Of a stretch of DNA of 64,000 nucleotides, positions 19,796 to 30,493 are shown piece by piece. The notes under the pieces are model-generated. The model was not told the origin of the DNA. It made no database searches and was given only the letters and a program-made list of their open reading frames with translations. This stretch comes from Meyerozyma guilliermondii (lineage: Eukaryota), in the NCBI GenBank assembly GCA_051546255.1, contig CP128820.1:372001-436000 (forward strand), in the 5' to 3' direction. Positions within the stretch are counted from its first letter, which is position 1, and each line of letters opens with the position of its first letter. The position numbers and the translations under genes were made by a program.

Positions 19796-22261
19796 ATGAG
19801 ACTCTTGTTGCCACTTTTGCTTTTTGTGGCGCTGGTGTGGCCAGGAGTCAGAGCAGAATTCTATTTTGATATGGATGAGCTGATCCGGTTGGGGAGTTTT
19901 GATGAAAATCAACCTGGTGATGTCGAACCCATGTCTAACCGGTCGTTGCTTTGGGGCCCTTACCGGTCTGCCCTTTACTTCGGAGTGAGACCACGTATCC
20001 CACGGTCGTTGCTTTCGGGGTTAATGTGGTATAACATTGATGGTTATGGTGGAGTGGGCAGTATTAGGCACTTCTACGAGCAAGGTGACAAGATGGGAAA
20101 AGCCAATTGGATTCGCTACGACCCGAGATTTGGAGGAACTCAGGTGATAGAGGACTTGGAGTGCCACATAACTCTCCACATTGACTTTGTAAAAAGTCTG
20201 GATGGACTTTCGTGGGCTACTAAAGTGAGAGCTATTCCTCACGATGGGTTTGAGAATGTCAAAACGGCTTTCGTATGGTACTCCGGTCTTGAGGGAGAAA
20301 CAGATACAGCAGACCCATTTGCGCCTTCAAGGAATGGAGTAATCAACTTGGATACCCCTAAGAATTCTAAAGGTTACACAGGAACAATTACTCTTTCTGG
20401 AGGCTCCGAAGACCTAGGCTTGTTCGAGCTATCGATAAACGATGGTCCTTCTACCAATAAGCATCCCAAGACTTCCAAGCTCGTGGACAAAGAATTGAAT
20501 CCAAGAAAAACTCACCATATCAGCATGATAGTCCCAGACGATAGCGTTTGGATGGCTCGTGATATATTCATCACCATGCTTCAGGAATCCGTACAAGAAC
20601 TTGTGGAACGTTTCGGCACTCTCGATGGAATTCCCCCCGAGCAGGCGTACGTATTGAGGGATATGCACAAGTTTGAAGGCAATCTTCATCTCGTTCAAAA
20701 GATGTACCAGGGAGCTTGTGAGTTCGATGTTGTATTCAATAACGCTGAGACTCCAGAAGCAGAGAAAATCACCTTTGATAATTTGAAGGAAAAAATTGTT
20801 GAAATGAGCTTTAAGGTGAACTCGAAATTCGACAAGCATTTCAAGTTGAAACCACCATTTGACAAAGATCAAGGCTACAAAGAATTTGCCCAGGAAATAG
20901 TTTCAGGCTTGCTTGGAGGCATCACATACATGTACGGCGATCACCTTGTTGATCGTGATACTGTTCTCGAAGAGGATTCTTTTGAGAACCTCAAATTGCA
21001 AGGCTCATTAGAGGGACCACACGAGCTTTTTACCTTGGTTCCATCTCGCCCTTTTTTCCCTCGAGGATTTTTGTGGGACGAGGGTTTCCACGTACTACCA
21101 TTACTTGACTACGACTCGGATCTTGTGTTGGATATTTTGCAGTCTTGGTTCAAATTGATCGACGATGAAGGCTGGATTGCAAGGGAACAAATATTAGGAC
21201 CGGAAGCGAGATCTCGGGTTCCCGAAGAATTTCAGGTCCAGAGCCCTCAGATAGTTAATCCACCTACTCTTATGTTGGCATTTACTTATTTGTTATCCCA
21301 CTTTGATAGTGCTGGCGATGTTAACGAGCCTCAAAATGTGGACGGGTCATTCTACTCTGAGCCGGGCCAAGTGATAATGAACCACCCGGAGTTACTTGCA
21401 TCTTACACTAAAGACATCTACCCAAAATTGAGAACCCACTTCCTTTGGTTCAGAAGAACCCAGCAAGGTTATATCGAGGAGTTTGATCGTGGACAAAACC
21501 CTGAGGGCTACAGATGGAGAGGACGTACTTTGACCCATAGTTTAGCTAGTGGCTTGGACGACTATCCTCGTGCTCTCCCAGCAGATGTTGCTGAATTGAA
21601 CGTCGATTTACTCTCTTGGGTGGGAGTAATGACGATGTCCATGATTCAAATGGCTACAATTTTGGACTTGGAAGATGACCGGGCCGAGTACGAGAGGATT
21701 TACAAAGATATCACGGAAAATTTGGATCATCTTCACTGGTCTTCGGAGGAAAAAACCTATTGCGATGTCAGTCTCGACGAAGACGAAGAGAATGTCAAAG
21801 TATGCTACAAAGGTTATATTTCGTTGTTCCCATTCATAACGAAGATGATTCCACCATCAGACACAGAAAAACTCTCGAGTATTGTCGATCTCATAAAAGA
21901 CCCAGAAGAACTCTGGTCAGAATATGGAATCAGGTCTCTTTCGAAATCCAGCGACCTTTATCGCACCGGCGAAAATTACTGGCGCTCGCCTATATGGATG
22001 AATATCAACTACCTTGTTCTCGACGCTTTGAAGCATTACCACAAGGCTTCAAATGACGCCAAATTAAGCGACACTCTTGCAGCCACTTATAAGAAGCTTC
22101 GTGAGAACTTGGTTAGGAACGTTTACAAAGAATGGAAAAGAACAGGTTTTGTGTGGGAACAGTACGATGATATCTCAGGGACGGCACAGAGAGCGAAAAA
22201 TTTCTTGGGCTGGACCTCATCTGTCGTTTTGATGATGACAATGGACCAAGAACTCATATAG
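19796..22261 (+). CDS. CWH41: Mannosyl-oligosaccharide glucosidase I (GH63)
   Basis: Signal peptide; LLWGPYRS, VPSRPFFPRGFLWDEGFH, SGLDDYPR, NYWRSPIWMNINY. Confidence 0.96.
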   Translation: MRLLLPLLLFVALVWPGVRAEFYFDMDELIRLGSFDENQPGDVEPMSNRSLLWGPYRSALYFGVRPRIPRSLLSGLMWYNIDGYGGVGSIRHFYEQGDKMGKANWIRYDPRFGGTQVIEDLECHITLHIDFVKSLDGLSWATKVRAIPHDGFENVKTAFVWYSGLEGETDTADPFAPSRNGVINLDTPKNSKGYTGTITLSGGSEDLGLFELSINDGPSTNKHPKTSKLVDKELNPRKTHHISMIVPDDSVWMARDIFITMLQESVQELVERFGTLDGIPPEQAYVLRDMHKFEGNLHLVQKMYQGACEFDVVFNNAETPEAEKITFDNLKEKIVEMSFKVNSKFDKHFKLKPPFDKDQGYKEFAQEIVSGLLGGITYMYGDHLVDRDTVLEEDSFENLKLQGSLEGPHELFTLVPSRPFFPRGFLWDEGFHVLPLLDYDSDLVLDILQSWFKLIDDEGWIAREQILGPEARSRVPEEFQVQSPQIVNPPTLMLAFTYLLSHFDSAGDVNEPQNVDGSFYSEPGQVIMNHPELLASYTKDIYPKLRTHFLWFRRTQQGYIEEFDRGQNPEGYRWRGRTLTHSLASGLDDYPRALPADVAELNVDLLSWVGVMTMSMIQMATILDLEDDRAEYERIYKDITENLDHLHWSSEEKTYCDVSLDEDEENVKVCYKGYISLFPFITKMIPPSDTEKLSSIVDLIKDPEELWSEYGIRSLSKSSDLYRTGENYWRSPIWMNINYLVLDALKHYHKASNDAKLSDTLAATYKKLRENLVRNVYKEWKRTGFVWEQYDDISGTAQRAKNFLGWTSSVVLMMTMDQELI

Positions 22262-22339
22262 ACCATATACTAGCTAGCTGCCTTGTATGCAGTTTTGTTC
22301 ACCACCGCTCATCTCAACTTCGTGCCGAGAGGTGCAATC

Positions 22340-22923
22340 ATGAATCAGGATCCATGTACGTATGAAAGCGTGGTGTAGCCCAGAATGGGGCCGTTTCTAA
22401 CTCAGTGCAACAAGTAGAACCCTTTTTGAAAGCGGTTTTGACGTCATTGGACCTTCAGTACCAATCTCCAACGTCGTCGTATCCATCGGTCGAAGCGTAT
22501 GCCACTCAATTTGCCAAGCAAATAAAGACCCAGTCGGCCGTTATAATTAATGGGAAACCCATAAGTCCAGGATCTACCAACGCCAAGCTAGAATTTCAGA
22601 AAAAATGGCTCACAACACCTTTAACTACACACCAACTCAACAGCTATGATTGTCATATTATTCCTGGTACGGGTACCATGGTAATAAATGCCAGTGGCAA
22701 GGTTAGGTTTGACGAGAGTGGGCGGAACAAGTTGGGGGAGACTCCGGATTTGGTGCAAACGCCGTCTTCGAATAATAGGACTCGGCCAGAATGGGGTGCT
22801 TGGTATGGGTTCAATTTGAATATGGTTGTAGATGAGACCATGATGCAAAATGTTGAGGAGGTTGTAAATACGTTCAACTACAGGTTTACGTTCAAGCCGG
22901 AGGACTCGGTCATACAGTTCTAG
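22340..22923 (+). CDS. MTR2: mRNA/60S export factor Mtr2; two exons (22340-22355, 22406-22923)
   Basis: Splicing gives MNQDPLQQVEPFLK, matching the Candida Mtr2 N-terminus as I recall it; NTF2-like DCHIIPGTG..VINASGKVRFDESGR. Confidence 0.9.
22356..22405 (+). other. 50-nt spliceosomal intron in MTR2
   Basis: Donor GTACGT (22356), branch TTCTAAC (22395-22401), acceptor CAG (22403-22405). Splicing restores an ATG and the frame. Confidence 0.88.
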
Positions 22924-22944
22924 CTAGAGCATAAATGTATAATA

Positions 22945-24684
22945 TTAGAGATCGTTGTGTTGAACAAACTTGTCTAAAAGTTCACCCAAGTAGATTCCAG
23001 AGTAGAACTTGACTTCTTCCTCGGAATGGCCCAATTCGTTCAAAGCCCACTGCACGTTGGGCGTGATGAAATTGTAGAACACAACGTCTACCTTAGGGTC
23101 GTTTTTGCTTTCTTCGTCTAATTCAATGGACTGGACCACATTGGGTACAGGAAAGTTAACCACTGGTTTGTGAGGAGTATCGTCTCCCAGCGAGCCAAAA
23201 TCATCGTGAGTAACATACCCTTTCGCTAGGTGGCCCTCAAGCTTGGGCAAGGTGAAGATATCCTGTCTTTTTTCAGTGAGTGAAGAAAACCGCTGATGCG
23301 CCGGTAAGAGCAATTGGCCAAGAATATACGATTTTTCGTTCAACTTGTCTGCTATTTGCACAGCAATACTCCTTGGCACCGAGATAAAGACCCAGTCGTT
23401 CTCAAACGGAGAAACAGTGTATCTTGTGTCCAAAGTATAAGGGCCTTTGTACATGTCGTATCGCACAGAACCGGTATTGATGATAATTATTCTTGAGCTA
23501 TGTTCTTTTCTGTCGGCCGGTAGCGTGGGAAGCACTCTCTCAGATAAGAGCTTGAAGATACTGTGGGGATGGTCAATTGGAACGTAGTCCATGTAGTAAT
23601 TATTGTGGATGGTACCCAATCTTGGCGAGTCCAATCCAAGCAGTTGACGCAAAGATTGAAGTTGCGAGGAAACGTTTTTGCCATCTGAGGTCTTTTTACT
23701 TCTGCCAGAATGATACTCAAACGATTCTCGGTTAAAATCAATGTACGATCTCGAAAAGACCTGCTTCATGGACTCGACCGAGCCGTCTGAGGAAGCGGTT
23801 AAATTGATACTGGCGAACCCCACAGTCTCACAAAACCGACCACTTTGAAGCGCTGTCAGGTTTTCGTCAAGAACTGTGAAATCACGAATGTGGGAGTGTC
23901 CTCCAAAATACTGGATTTTTATGGACGGGAAGTATTGGCGCAATTTAGCATGCAAAACGAAGAGCTCCTTCCATTGGTGCGAGATGGGGATATGTCCAAA
24001 CACAACGAGAACATCCACTTTGTCTGCGTATTCCTCGAGAAGAGAAACAAACCAGGATTCGTGGATAACTTTTGCAATTGGCTTGACGAATGTGCCGTCA
24101 TTGAAGCGATTAAAATCGAACAAAAAGGAGAGTGCAAGCACTCTAATCTCTTGTATGGGTGTCACAAAGTACCGGTAGCGGTTCCCCAACGGCACAAGAG
24201 ATCCGTTGTGTGCTTTGACGTGAACATTTGTACTCACGTATTTTTCCCCAAATTTCGAGAGCACTTGTTCAAATTCCATCTTTGAGTTTTTCCACTCGTA
24301 GAGTTCATGGTTTCCCAACGTGACCAAATCGTAGTCTTGTTTCATGAAAATCGGCATAGACTCTTTCCCGTTGGGAGACGTCAAGTCAGACAATCCATTT
24401 CCATCATGACGATCACCAGTATCGACAATGAGAAGATCCTGACCATTTTCCGCCAATTTCTCTCTCATATGGGCACCAAAAGACACAAAGTCTCCCCAAT
24501 CAGCATCGTAAACCCTTTGGTTTCTGTGACCCGAATACCAACCATGAGTATCGGTGGTGTGGAGAAAGTTCAAATCTCCATATTTCAAGGGTCTTTTGTT
24601 TGAAGCGAATGGTTTGGTGTGGTGAAATTGCAAGCAGAGCAAGACAAAGAGTAGCCCTGCGAGCCCCACAGCTGCGCGAGACAT
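22945..24684 (-). CDS. Secreted/vacuolar 5'-nucleotidase-family metallophosphoesterase (YHR202W-like)
   Basis: Signal anchor; HTTDTHGW, DTGDRHDGNG, LGNHE, GGHSHIRD. Confidence 0.9.
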   Translation of the reverse strand: MSRAAVGLAGLLFVLLCLQFHHTKPFASNKRPLKYGDLNFLHTTDTHGWYSGHRNQRVYDADWGDFVSFGAHMREKLAENGQDLLIVDTGDRHDGNGLSDLTSPNGKESMPIFMKQDYDLVTLGNHELYEWKNSKMEFEQVLSKFGEKYVSTNVHVKAHNGSLVPLGNRYRYFVTPIQEIRVLALSFLFDFNRFNDGTFVKPIAKVIHESWFVSLLEEYADKVDVLVVFGHIPISHQWKELFVLHAKLRQYFPSIKIQYFGGHSHIRDFTVLDENLTALQSGRFCETVGFASINLTASSDGSVESMKQVFSRSYIDFNRESFEYHSGRSKKTSDGKNVSSQLQSLRQLLGLDSPRLGTIHNNYYMDYVPIDHPHSIFKLLSERVLPTLPADRKEHSSRIIIINTGSVRYDMYKGPYTLDTRYTVSPFENDWVFISVPRSIAVQIADKLNEKSYILGQLLLPAHQRFSSLTEKRQDIFTLPKLEGHLAKGYVTHDDFGSLGDDTPHKPVVNFPVPNVVQSIELDEESKNDPKVDVVFYNFITPNVQWALNELGHSEEEVKFYSGIYLGELLDKFVQHNDL

Positions 24685-24876
24685 AGAAGAAAGAAAAAGA
24701 GTACGAGGATAAATGAGAATTGAGTCGCACTTTAGTGGTTACAGTCGCGATAAGCGGCTATAGACGGAGGAAATGAGAAATGAAGAATTTGAGCAAAACA
24801 TGAAAAATTAAGTAAAATAGAGAAAGAACCAACATGAAAGATTCGCCTCTTTATTATAGCATGTATTACGAGTATC

Positions 24877-25665
24877 TTACAAACCTTGTTGAGCTCTTCT
24901 TCTGTCTCTCTCCTCGGAGATAGAGAGTTTGATACCCTTACCCTTTGGCAACGAAACCCATGGCTTACCAGCCTCGGTACCGATGACGAAAACGTTGGTC
25001 AATCTGGTGACGAAAGTGTTCTCCAAGGAATCCTTAATGTGCACCAAGTCGAAACCTCCCTCGTGCTTTTCTCTGTGAGTGATAACACCAACACGTCCCA
25101 AGTTACGACCACCGGTAACCATAACCAAAGCACCAGTGTCAAACTTGATAAAGTCAGAAATCTTTCCGGATTCCAAGTCGATCTTGACGGTGTCGTTGGC
25201 TCTGATCAAAGGATCAGGGTATCTGAGGGTTCTACCGTCGTGGGTAACAACGTATGGAATACCTCTCTTACCCAATTGAACCTTCTTGACCTTACCCAAC
25301 TTGTAGGAAGCCTCTTCAGCGGTGATTCTGTGGACAGCAAATCTACCCTTGACATCGTACACCAATCTGAAGTGCTCGTTGGTAGCCTCCAAGGTGATGA
25401 CATCCATGAAACCAGCTGGGAAAGTGGAGTCGGTTCTGACCTTACCGTCAACCTTGACGTGCTCTTGCATCAAAATAGCCTTGACTTCTCTACCGTTCAA
25501 GGCGTACTTGAGTCTGTTTCTCAAGAACACAACCAAAGGCAAAGACTCTCTCAACTTGTGAGGACCAGCCGATGGTCTTGGGGCATAGGTGCCGGACAAC
25601 TTGTCCAACATCCAGTGGGATGGAGCTGCCAATCTCTTAAGGTGCTTCTTTGGTCCTCTAGCCAT
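24877..25665 (-). CDS. RPS4: 40S ribosomal protein S4 (eS4), intronless CDS
   Basis: [23 protein letters not shown]; 262 aa; strong codon bias. Confidence 0.99.
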   Translation of the reverse strand: MARGPKKHLKRLAAPSHWMLDKLSGTYAPRPSAGPHKLRESLPLVVFLRNRLKYALNGREVKAILMQEHVKVDGKVRTDSTFPAGFMDVITLEATNEHFRLVYDVKGRFAVHRITAEEASYKLGKVKKVQLGKRGIPYVVTHDGRTLRYPDPLIRANDTVKIDLESGKISDFIKFDTGALVMVTGGRNLGRVGVITHREKHEGGFDLVHIKDSLENTFVTRLTNVFVIGTEAGKPWVSLPKGKGIKLSISEERDRRRAQQGL

Positions 25666-25687
25666 TGTGTAGTGAAGAGTGAGAAGG

Positions 25688-25738
25688 TGAAAAATTTCAT
25701 GATGGGTCGCGGGTGCGAGCCCTAAGCGGGATCACGTG
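25688..25738. promoter_or_regulatory. RPS4 promoter module: RRPE (TGAAAAATTT 25688-97), Tbf1 (AGCCCTAA 25718-25), Cbf1 (TCACGTG 25732-38)
   Basis: Exact motifs within 75 bp of the ATG. Confidence 0.75.
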
Positions 25739-25982
25739 CGCGACCATCAACAATACCAATGTGAATGGCTGCTACCAAAGTGCAAGAAACCATGAAAGCA
25801 AGCAAGAACCAAGGACTATGTTCAGTTTCTGCTTTAAAAGAAGCTTCTTTCTATCTTTTGAGAAAGTTCTCTTTCAAAAATTTGCAACAAGTATTTTCAG
25901 CACCTGTATAGATGTGGATCCTACAGAACCTGGAGACATTGAATATCTCTTCGACGATCTTTCCAGAAGTTATTCTCTTTTC

Positions 25983-27950
25983 CTATCGCTGCCACCACCG
26001 CTTCTTTCCCAATTTCTCCAGCAACTCTTCATCTTGGACCGTCAAAGTTTCCAACTGTTCTTCCAACTCTGTACATTTTTCAATTTCTTGAGCATTTACT
26101 TGCAACAACCGCTGGATTTCCTCTTCTATGTTCTGGGGTATTGCTGGGGATTTAAGAGCATCTAGTGTAGATTCCGAAGACGAAACAGATGGTGCTTTCA
26201 TTTTAGCCTCTAGTTCTTCTAAATCGGCTCGCAATTGCGTTATAGCTTTCTGGAGATCGTCGTTTTCCGACTCGATTTCTGGAATCATTACCTTGGTATC
26301 GACCATTTTCTGAACAATATCAACATGGTCCCGATTTAAAACCGAAAACTGGTGTTCGAGGGCCTTGATATCATGGCGCAAGCGGCCGTTTTCATGACGA
26401 AGCTCGTCGATTTCTTCAGCCCTGTGCTTCTCGCTGGCGTAAATTGCATCGAACTCTCTCTCAAACTGAGCCAAATCAACCATACTGACTTTGATAGCCA
26501 TGGCATCTTCCACCATAGAATCGAGATTGTAGTACGAAGAAGATGATCCCTGGCGCTTGCGCAAAGAGAACCGCCGCTCGTCCACAAACTCATCGTTGAC
26601 ATACCGGTTGAACAAATGGTCTTTCAAGAACTCAAGGAGCTTGTCAAACTTGAGCGACAACAATTTGTTTTCATTTTGAAGCATCAAATTGACTGCGAAT
26701 TTCAACAGCGCTTCAATGCCATGAGTAATGACAATATCGTAGATCCGCAACACTATTTCCAACGGGAACTTGTAAGCAAAGAACGTGAGGAACCATTGTG
26801 ATGCATACATGGAAGATTTTATACCTTGTTTCACCAAATGGTTATAAAGTAACGGTGAGTTCTGTTCCAAGAGCCTATCGAATTGGTAGAGTTGGCGATG
26901 CAATCCACGCATATCCGGGCAGAAAAGGTCGCGGAGCCTATAATCTTTCATCATTGTCACCAAGAGACAGAAACATTCGGAGTCGGTCATGTTCATTATC
27001 AATGGAACAGCCACGAATATCATGCCTTGGGTGTACCCAACATCAGGATCGAATAGAGAATAAGCCTTTATGACATTGTAGAGATCCTCTCCTTTGCTGA
27101 CAGCGTCTACAGCAGTGTAAAATGAGGTTCGAGTGAGGTCTCTCTTGATGGCCTTTTCATGAATGGAAGTTTCGCTCTTTAAGGTAAGATAAAATTCCTC
27201 GAGTTCGTAGTTCTTGGACTGTGCCACAAGCTGCCACACGATTCCCCGTACTTCCTTTGGAATACCAGCGGCAATTTTGGAGTGGAGAGCGTGAGAATTG
27301 TTCTGAACTACAGACTCATAGTCATTAACCACATTGGCCCAGAACTCCCAGTCAATTTGGTAGTCGTGCTCAAGGGCCCCGACCGTCGTACGGATGTCGT
27401 TGAAGGTCTTTCGGATGTTCTGGGTGGCAGAACGTATCAGGGTTTGAACTTGTGACGACTTGTTGTTGAACCCGGCGTTCAATTGGTTCAATTTTGACTG
27501 GAGCAAATCGTCCGTAACCACGTATTCCGGTTCCAGCGTGTTCTCGGTGGCACCAATTGAAGCCTGGGCCAAGATTTCAGGGTCTACAGACGCCAAATTA
27601 CGCAAAATTTGTCGGGACGGAACCGGCGGCCGGCCATCAGATGGTTCCAAATTGGCATTTTTTTCGACTTTTGCTTCATTTTCTGCTTGCTGGTGGTGTT
27701 GAGCGGGTATATCAGTGTCTGAAGCACCCGAATCTCGCGTTTCAATGTCTGGAATCACCGTAATTTCGTCGTTACTTTCGTTATCTTCGTCATTCTCATT
27801 TTTATTTGTGGTGCTATTTGTCTCAGAAACATCATACGAAACGTCTGGGTTGTTCTCGCCGTTATCTAGCACAGGGTCTTCATTCTGATCGTAATTGGAA
27901 CTCGTTTCCGAGCCGGCAAAGCCTCCAGGCATATTATCGGCTGAATCCAT
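25983..27950 (-). CDS. GYP5: Rab GTPase-activating TBC-domain protein
   Basis: GIPKEVRGIVWQ, IKRDLTRT, VGYTQGM, YASQWFLTFF; C-terminal coiled coil. Confidence 0.85.
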   Translation of the reverse strand: MDSADNMPGGFAGSETSSNYDQNEDPVLDNGENNPDVSYDVSETNSTTNKNENDEDNESNDEITVIPDIETRDSGASDTDIPAQHHQQAENEAKVEKNANLEPSDGRPPVPSRQILRNLASVDPEILAQASIGATENTLEPEYVVTDDLLQSKLNQLNAGFNNKSSQVQTLIRSATQNIRKTFNDIRTTVGALEHDYQIDWEFWANVVNDYESVVQNNSHALHSKIAAGIPKEVRGIVWQLVAQSKNYELEEFYLTLKSETSIHEKAIKRDLTRTSFYTAVDAVSKGEDLYNVIKAYSLFDPDVGYTQGMIFVAVPLIMNMTDSECFCLLVTMMKDYRLRDLFCPDMRGLHRQLYQFDRLLEQNSPLLYNHLVKQGIKSSMYASQWFLTFFAYKFPLEIVLRIYDIVITHGIEALLKFAVNLMLQNENKLLSLKFDKLLEFLKDHLFNRYVNDEFVDERRFSLRKRQGSSSSYYNLDSMVEDAMAIKVSMVDLAQFEREFDAIYASEKHRAEEIDELRHENGRLRHDIKALEHQFSVLNRDHVDIVQKMVDTKVMIPEIESENDDLQKAITQLRADLEELEAKMKAPSVSSSESTLDALKSPAIPQNIEEEIQRLLQVNAQEIEKCTELEEQLETLTVQDEELLEKLGKKRWWQR

Positions 27951-28018
27951 AAGTTGATTTTGGCGCGAATTCGTAAGAAAAACACAACTACATGTAGTAC
28001 GTTAAATCAATATTCATA

Positions 28019-29194
28019 TTATGCGCTAACCCAATAATATTCGTCACTTTCATTATCACTTATCCTGACCCCTTGGCCGGTTTCCATGGCAGATGGCCGA
28101 ACCACATTTTCAAAGCTCAATGGCTCGGCAAGCTCCTCTGAAAATACATCAGAAGAAGCCAGCGACATGGAGGACGAACCAAACGTGCTCAAGATGTCAG
28201 AGTCCGTCACCGTGGGCGAGTCGTCCACAGCGTACCTGAGCGAGGAGTCCTCATAAATAATGCCGCCTTGGATGTTTTTGTCCCGCAAGAGCGACTCGAG
28301 CTGCAATCTATCACAGTTGGGGAAATGCACCCGGATCACGTTCTTGTTGACGAGGTATTTTATGGGCAATTCACCAAGATCAAACAACCTCGTCAAGTCC
28401 AGCTTCAACTCGGCCAACTGTCTTTCGAAATTCTGGAGGTTTTCCATCACTTCCAGCAACACTTCGTCGGTCAAAAACGTCGCGGACGGGATGGTGAGAT
28501 GTGCATTAATGGGGAAGTCAACGTAGCATCCCTGCGACACATACGTTTCGTCTTTGGACTCTGTGGCTAACCGGAGCGCAGTTTCGTGGTGCTGTGGGCT
28601 CAAGGAAAGATTGAGTCGAATCAGCGAAGGAACAATTTTGGCCATTCGTGGGTCTACAGCGGCCCGCGAGGCGTTGCGTACAATCACCTTGGTGGGATGG
28701 AAAGGTTTAGTGTGGTCATCTGGGTGCTTGCATCCATCTTCTCTCAATTCGTACAACAGACGAACACCCATGCCCAAGTTGCGTGCAGGCTGCTGGTTGA
28801 GGAATCTGGCTCTCAATTGGTTCTGGAGGTGGTTATGGGTGAAATGGTCGCGAAATCCGCCCCAGCGGTTGATTTGGCGAAAAGGTTTTGTTTGGTAGCT
28901 TTTGAAGAATTTCAAGTGGATGTTTAAAAACCGAAATTTGAACGGCCGGATGTGTGCACGCCCATTGAAGTTGTAGGGACAAGTAGAGAAATGTCTGCGG
29001 AACTCACGACAAAGAGTCCAAGACCGGTTTCGAACCGGAACAGCAACGGGGACCGGCACCGGATTTCTATTGCCGAATTTTTGGTGTTGTTTGCGGCGAA
29101 GTTCACGGGAGATTTCTCTAGCCAACTCATCTAGCGCCTTTTTTATGCGCTGGGTGACGTTCCGCCCACTAAATAGTAGGAGCGCTAAGCTCAT
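28019..29194 (-). CDS. SPG5: Stationary phase protein Spg5-like
   Basis: GCYVDF, LGELPI...IRVHFPNCD; its position between GYP5 and GAL4/SGS1 fits known synteny. Confidence 0.65.
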   Translation of the reverse strand: MSLALLLFSGRNVTQRIKKALDELAREISRELRRKQHQKFGNRNPVPVPVAVPVRNRSWTLCREFRRHFSTCPYNFNGRAHIRPFKFRFLNIHLKFFKSYQTKPFRQINRWGGFRDHFTHNHLQNQLRARFLNQQPARNLGMGVRLLYELREDGCKHPDDHTKPFHPTKVIVRNASRAAVDPRMAKIVPSLIRLNLSLSPQHHETALRLATESKDETYVSQGCYVDFPINAHLTIPSATFLTDEVLLEVMENLQNFERQLAELKLDLTRLFDLGELPIKYLVNKNVIRVHFPNCDRLQLESLLRDKNIQGGIIYEDSSLRYAVDDSPTVTDSDILSTFGSSSMSLASSDVFSEELAEPLSFENVVRPSAMETGQGVRISDNESDEYYWVSA

Positions 29195-29365
29195 GAATGA
29201 GGGATGTTGTAGTTGATAAAAGGGGGCCGAAACGGGATTGGGTCAGGCTGGTGCGCGCACGAAAAAAATGGGAGTATATGCAGGATCAATCAAACTGTCT
29301 TGTGCGAGACTCCATAGCGAACTTGGTTTCGGGGGGTGGCGGTTACGTTAGCATTCTTGTATTGT

Positions 29366-30493
29366 TTATTCTACGCCGTCAATCATAGGAGCGTCCATCA
29401 CCTCGTCGAAAATGGTGTGGTAGTCGGGCGAATCACATGTGGAGGGCGGCTCGAGCGCCGTCATTGTCAAGCCGAAATCGGCCCGTTTACTGGTATTGCT
29501 TTTTTGTCGTTTTATAGGTTTGCAGTCAATGTCATGGTAGTCGTAGTCCCCGTAGGAGTTGAGAGAAAGGAGCGATGAAGGCGACGTGAGGGTGGTGTTG
29601 GAAGGGGAAAACGACGTCGTGGACTTGGGTTTTGTTTCGTCCCACAGGGGCAGCCGCAGTGATTGCAGAGCCGAATTGGTGGCCTTCATATCGGTCATTT
29701 GAGGAGAAACGTATTGAAAGTTGCTTTCGGCCGAGATGTTGTTGAGAAGAAAATCGTCCATGATTTCTTGCTTGATTTTAACCGTATCGATATCTCCTTC
29801 TCGTTCGGGTCTAGACCCATCAAACGAGTCACATACCGAGCCGTTTTCGTTGGAAAAAATCGAGTTGGAAGGCGAATGTGCCAACGATGCCGCGGCTGTA
29901 TCCGCAACTGCCCCGGTCGACGGGATCGCAACTGGACGGGCAGAGACCGCCGGGGCCCTACCACTGTCTCCGTAAGTTGCTGCCAATACTTCTTTGCAAG
30001 GCCGCAACTTGGTAATCCATTCGTTGGTTCCACATTGGAGTATGCGATCGATACCTCCCAATTGACCCATCACCTGCAGCGGCAACAAATACCGAAGCAT
30101 ATCCAGGAGTTGCCGCGACTGATTTTCCACCATTGTCATGTTTGCTCTGGTTAAAGGCGACCGTACCGTGCGGGGACTGTAGCAGCAATCCCACCCATGT
30201 TGTGCACACTTTGTGCACTGGGGGAATTCTTTGGAACATTTGAGTTTGCGTTTGCGACAAGAATCGCAAGCTTGTTCCACAGCATGGTCTTCTGGGTTGT
30301 GCGAATACCCTCGTTCTGACAAGCTGCCGACACCAGGGCCAGTGTTTGTGTTACTTGGATTAGTGTTTGGCTTGGTATAATTTGTGTTAGTGTTTGTGTT
30401 TGTGCTTGTGGTTGCGCAAGAACCTGGATCCGAGGAGGACTGGGGGTCAAGAACAGGGGATATAGGTTCTTGCTTCATGGAGTGTAACAGCAA
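29366..30493 (-). CDS. GAL4: Short CTG-clade Gal4 Zn2Cys6 transcription factor
   Basis: EQACDSCRKRKLKCSKEFPQC..C....WDCCYSPRTVRSPLTRA closely matches the Gal4 DNA-binding domain and linker; 375 aa. Confidence 0.9.
   Translation of the reverse strand: MLLHSMKQEPISPVLDPQSSSDPGSCATTSTNTNTNTNYTKPNTNPSNTNTGPGVGSLSERGYSHNPEDHAVEQACDSCRKRKLKCSKEFPQCTKCAQHGWDCCYSPRTVRSPLTRANMTMVENQSRQLLDMLRYLLPLQVMGQLGGIDRILQCGTNEWITKLRPCKEVLAATYGDSGRAPAVSARPVAIPSTGAVADTAAASLAHSPSNSIFSNENGSVCDSFDGSRPEREGDIDTVKIKQEIMDDFLLNNISAESNFQYVSPQMTDMKATNSALQSLRLPLWDETKPKSTTSFSPSNTTLTSPSSLLSLNSYGDYDYHDIDCKPIKRQKSNTSKRADFGLTMTALEPPSTCDSPDYHTIFDEVMDAPMIDGVE

Noticed and set aside
24886..25725. 279-aa antisense ORF over RPS4
   Set aside because: Shadow frame produced by the strong codon bias of a ribosomal protein gene; no ATG start and no recognisable domain.
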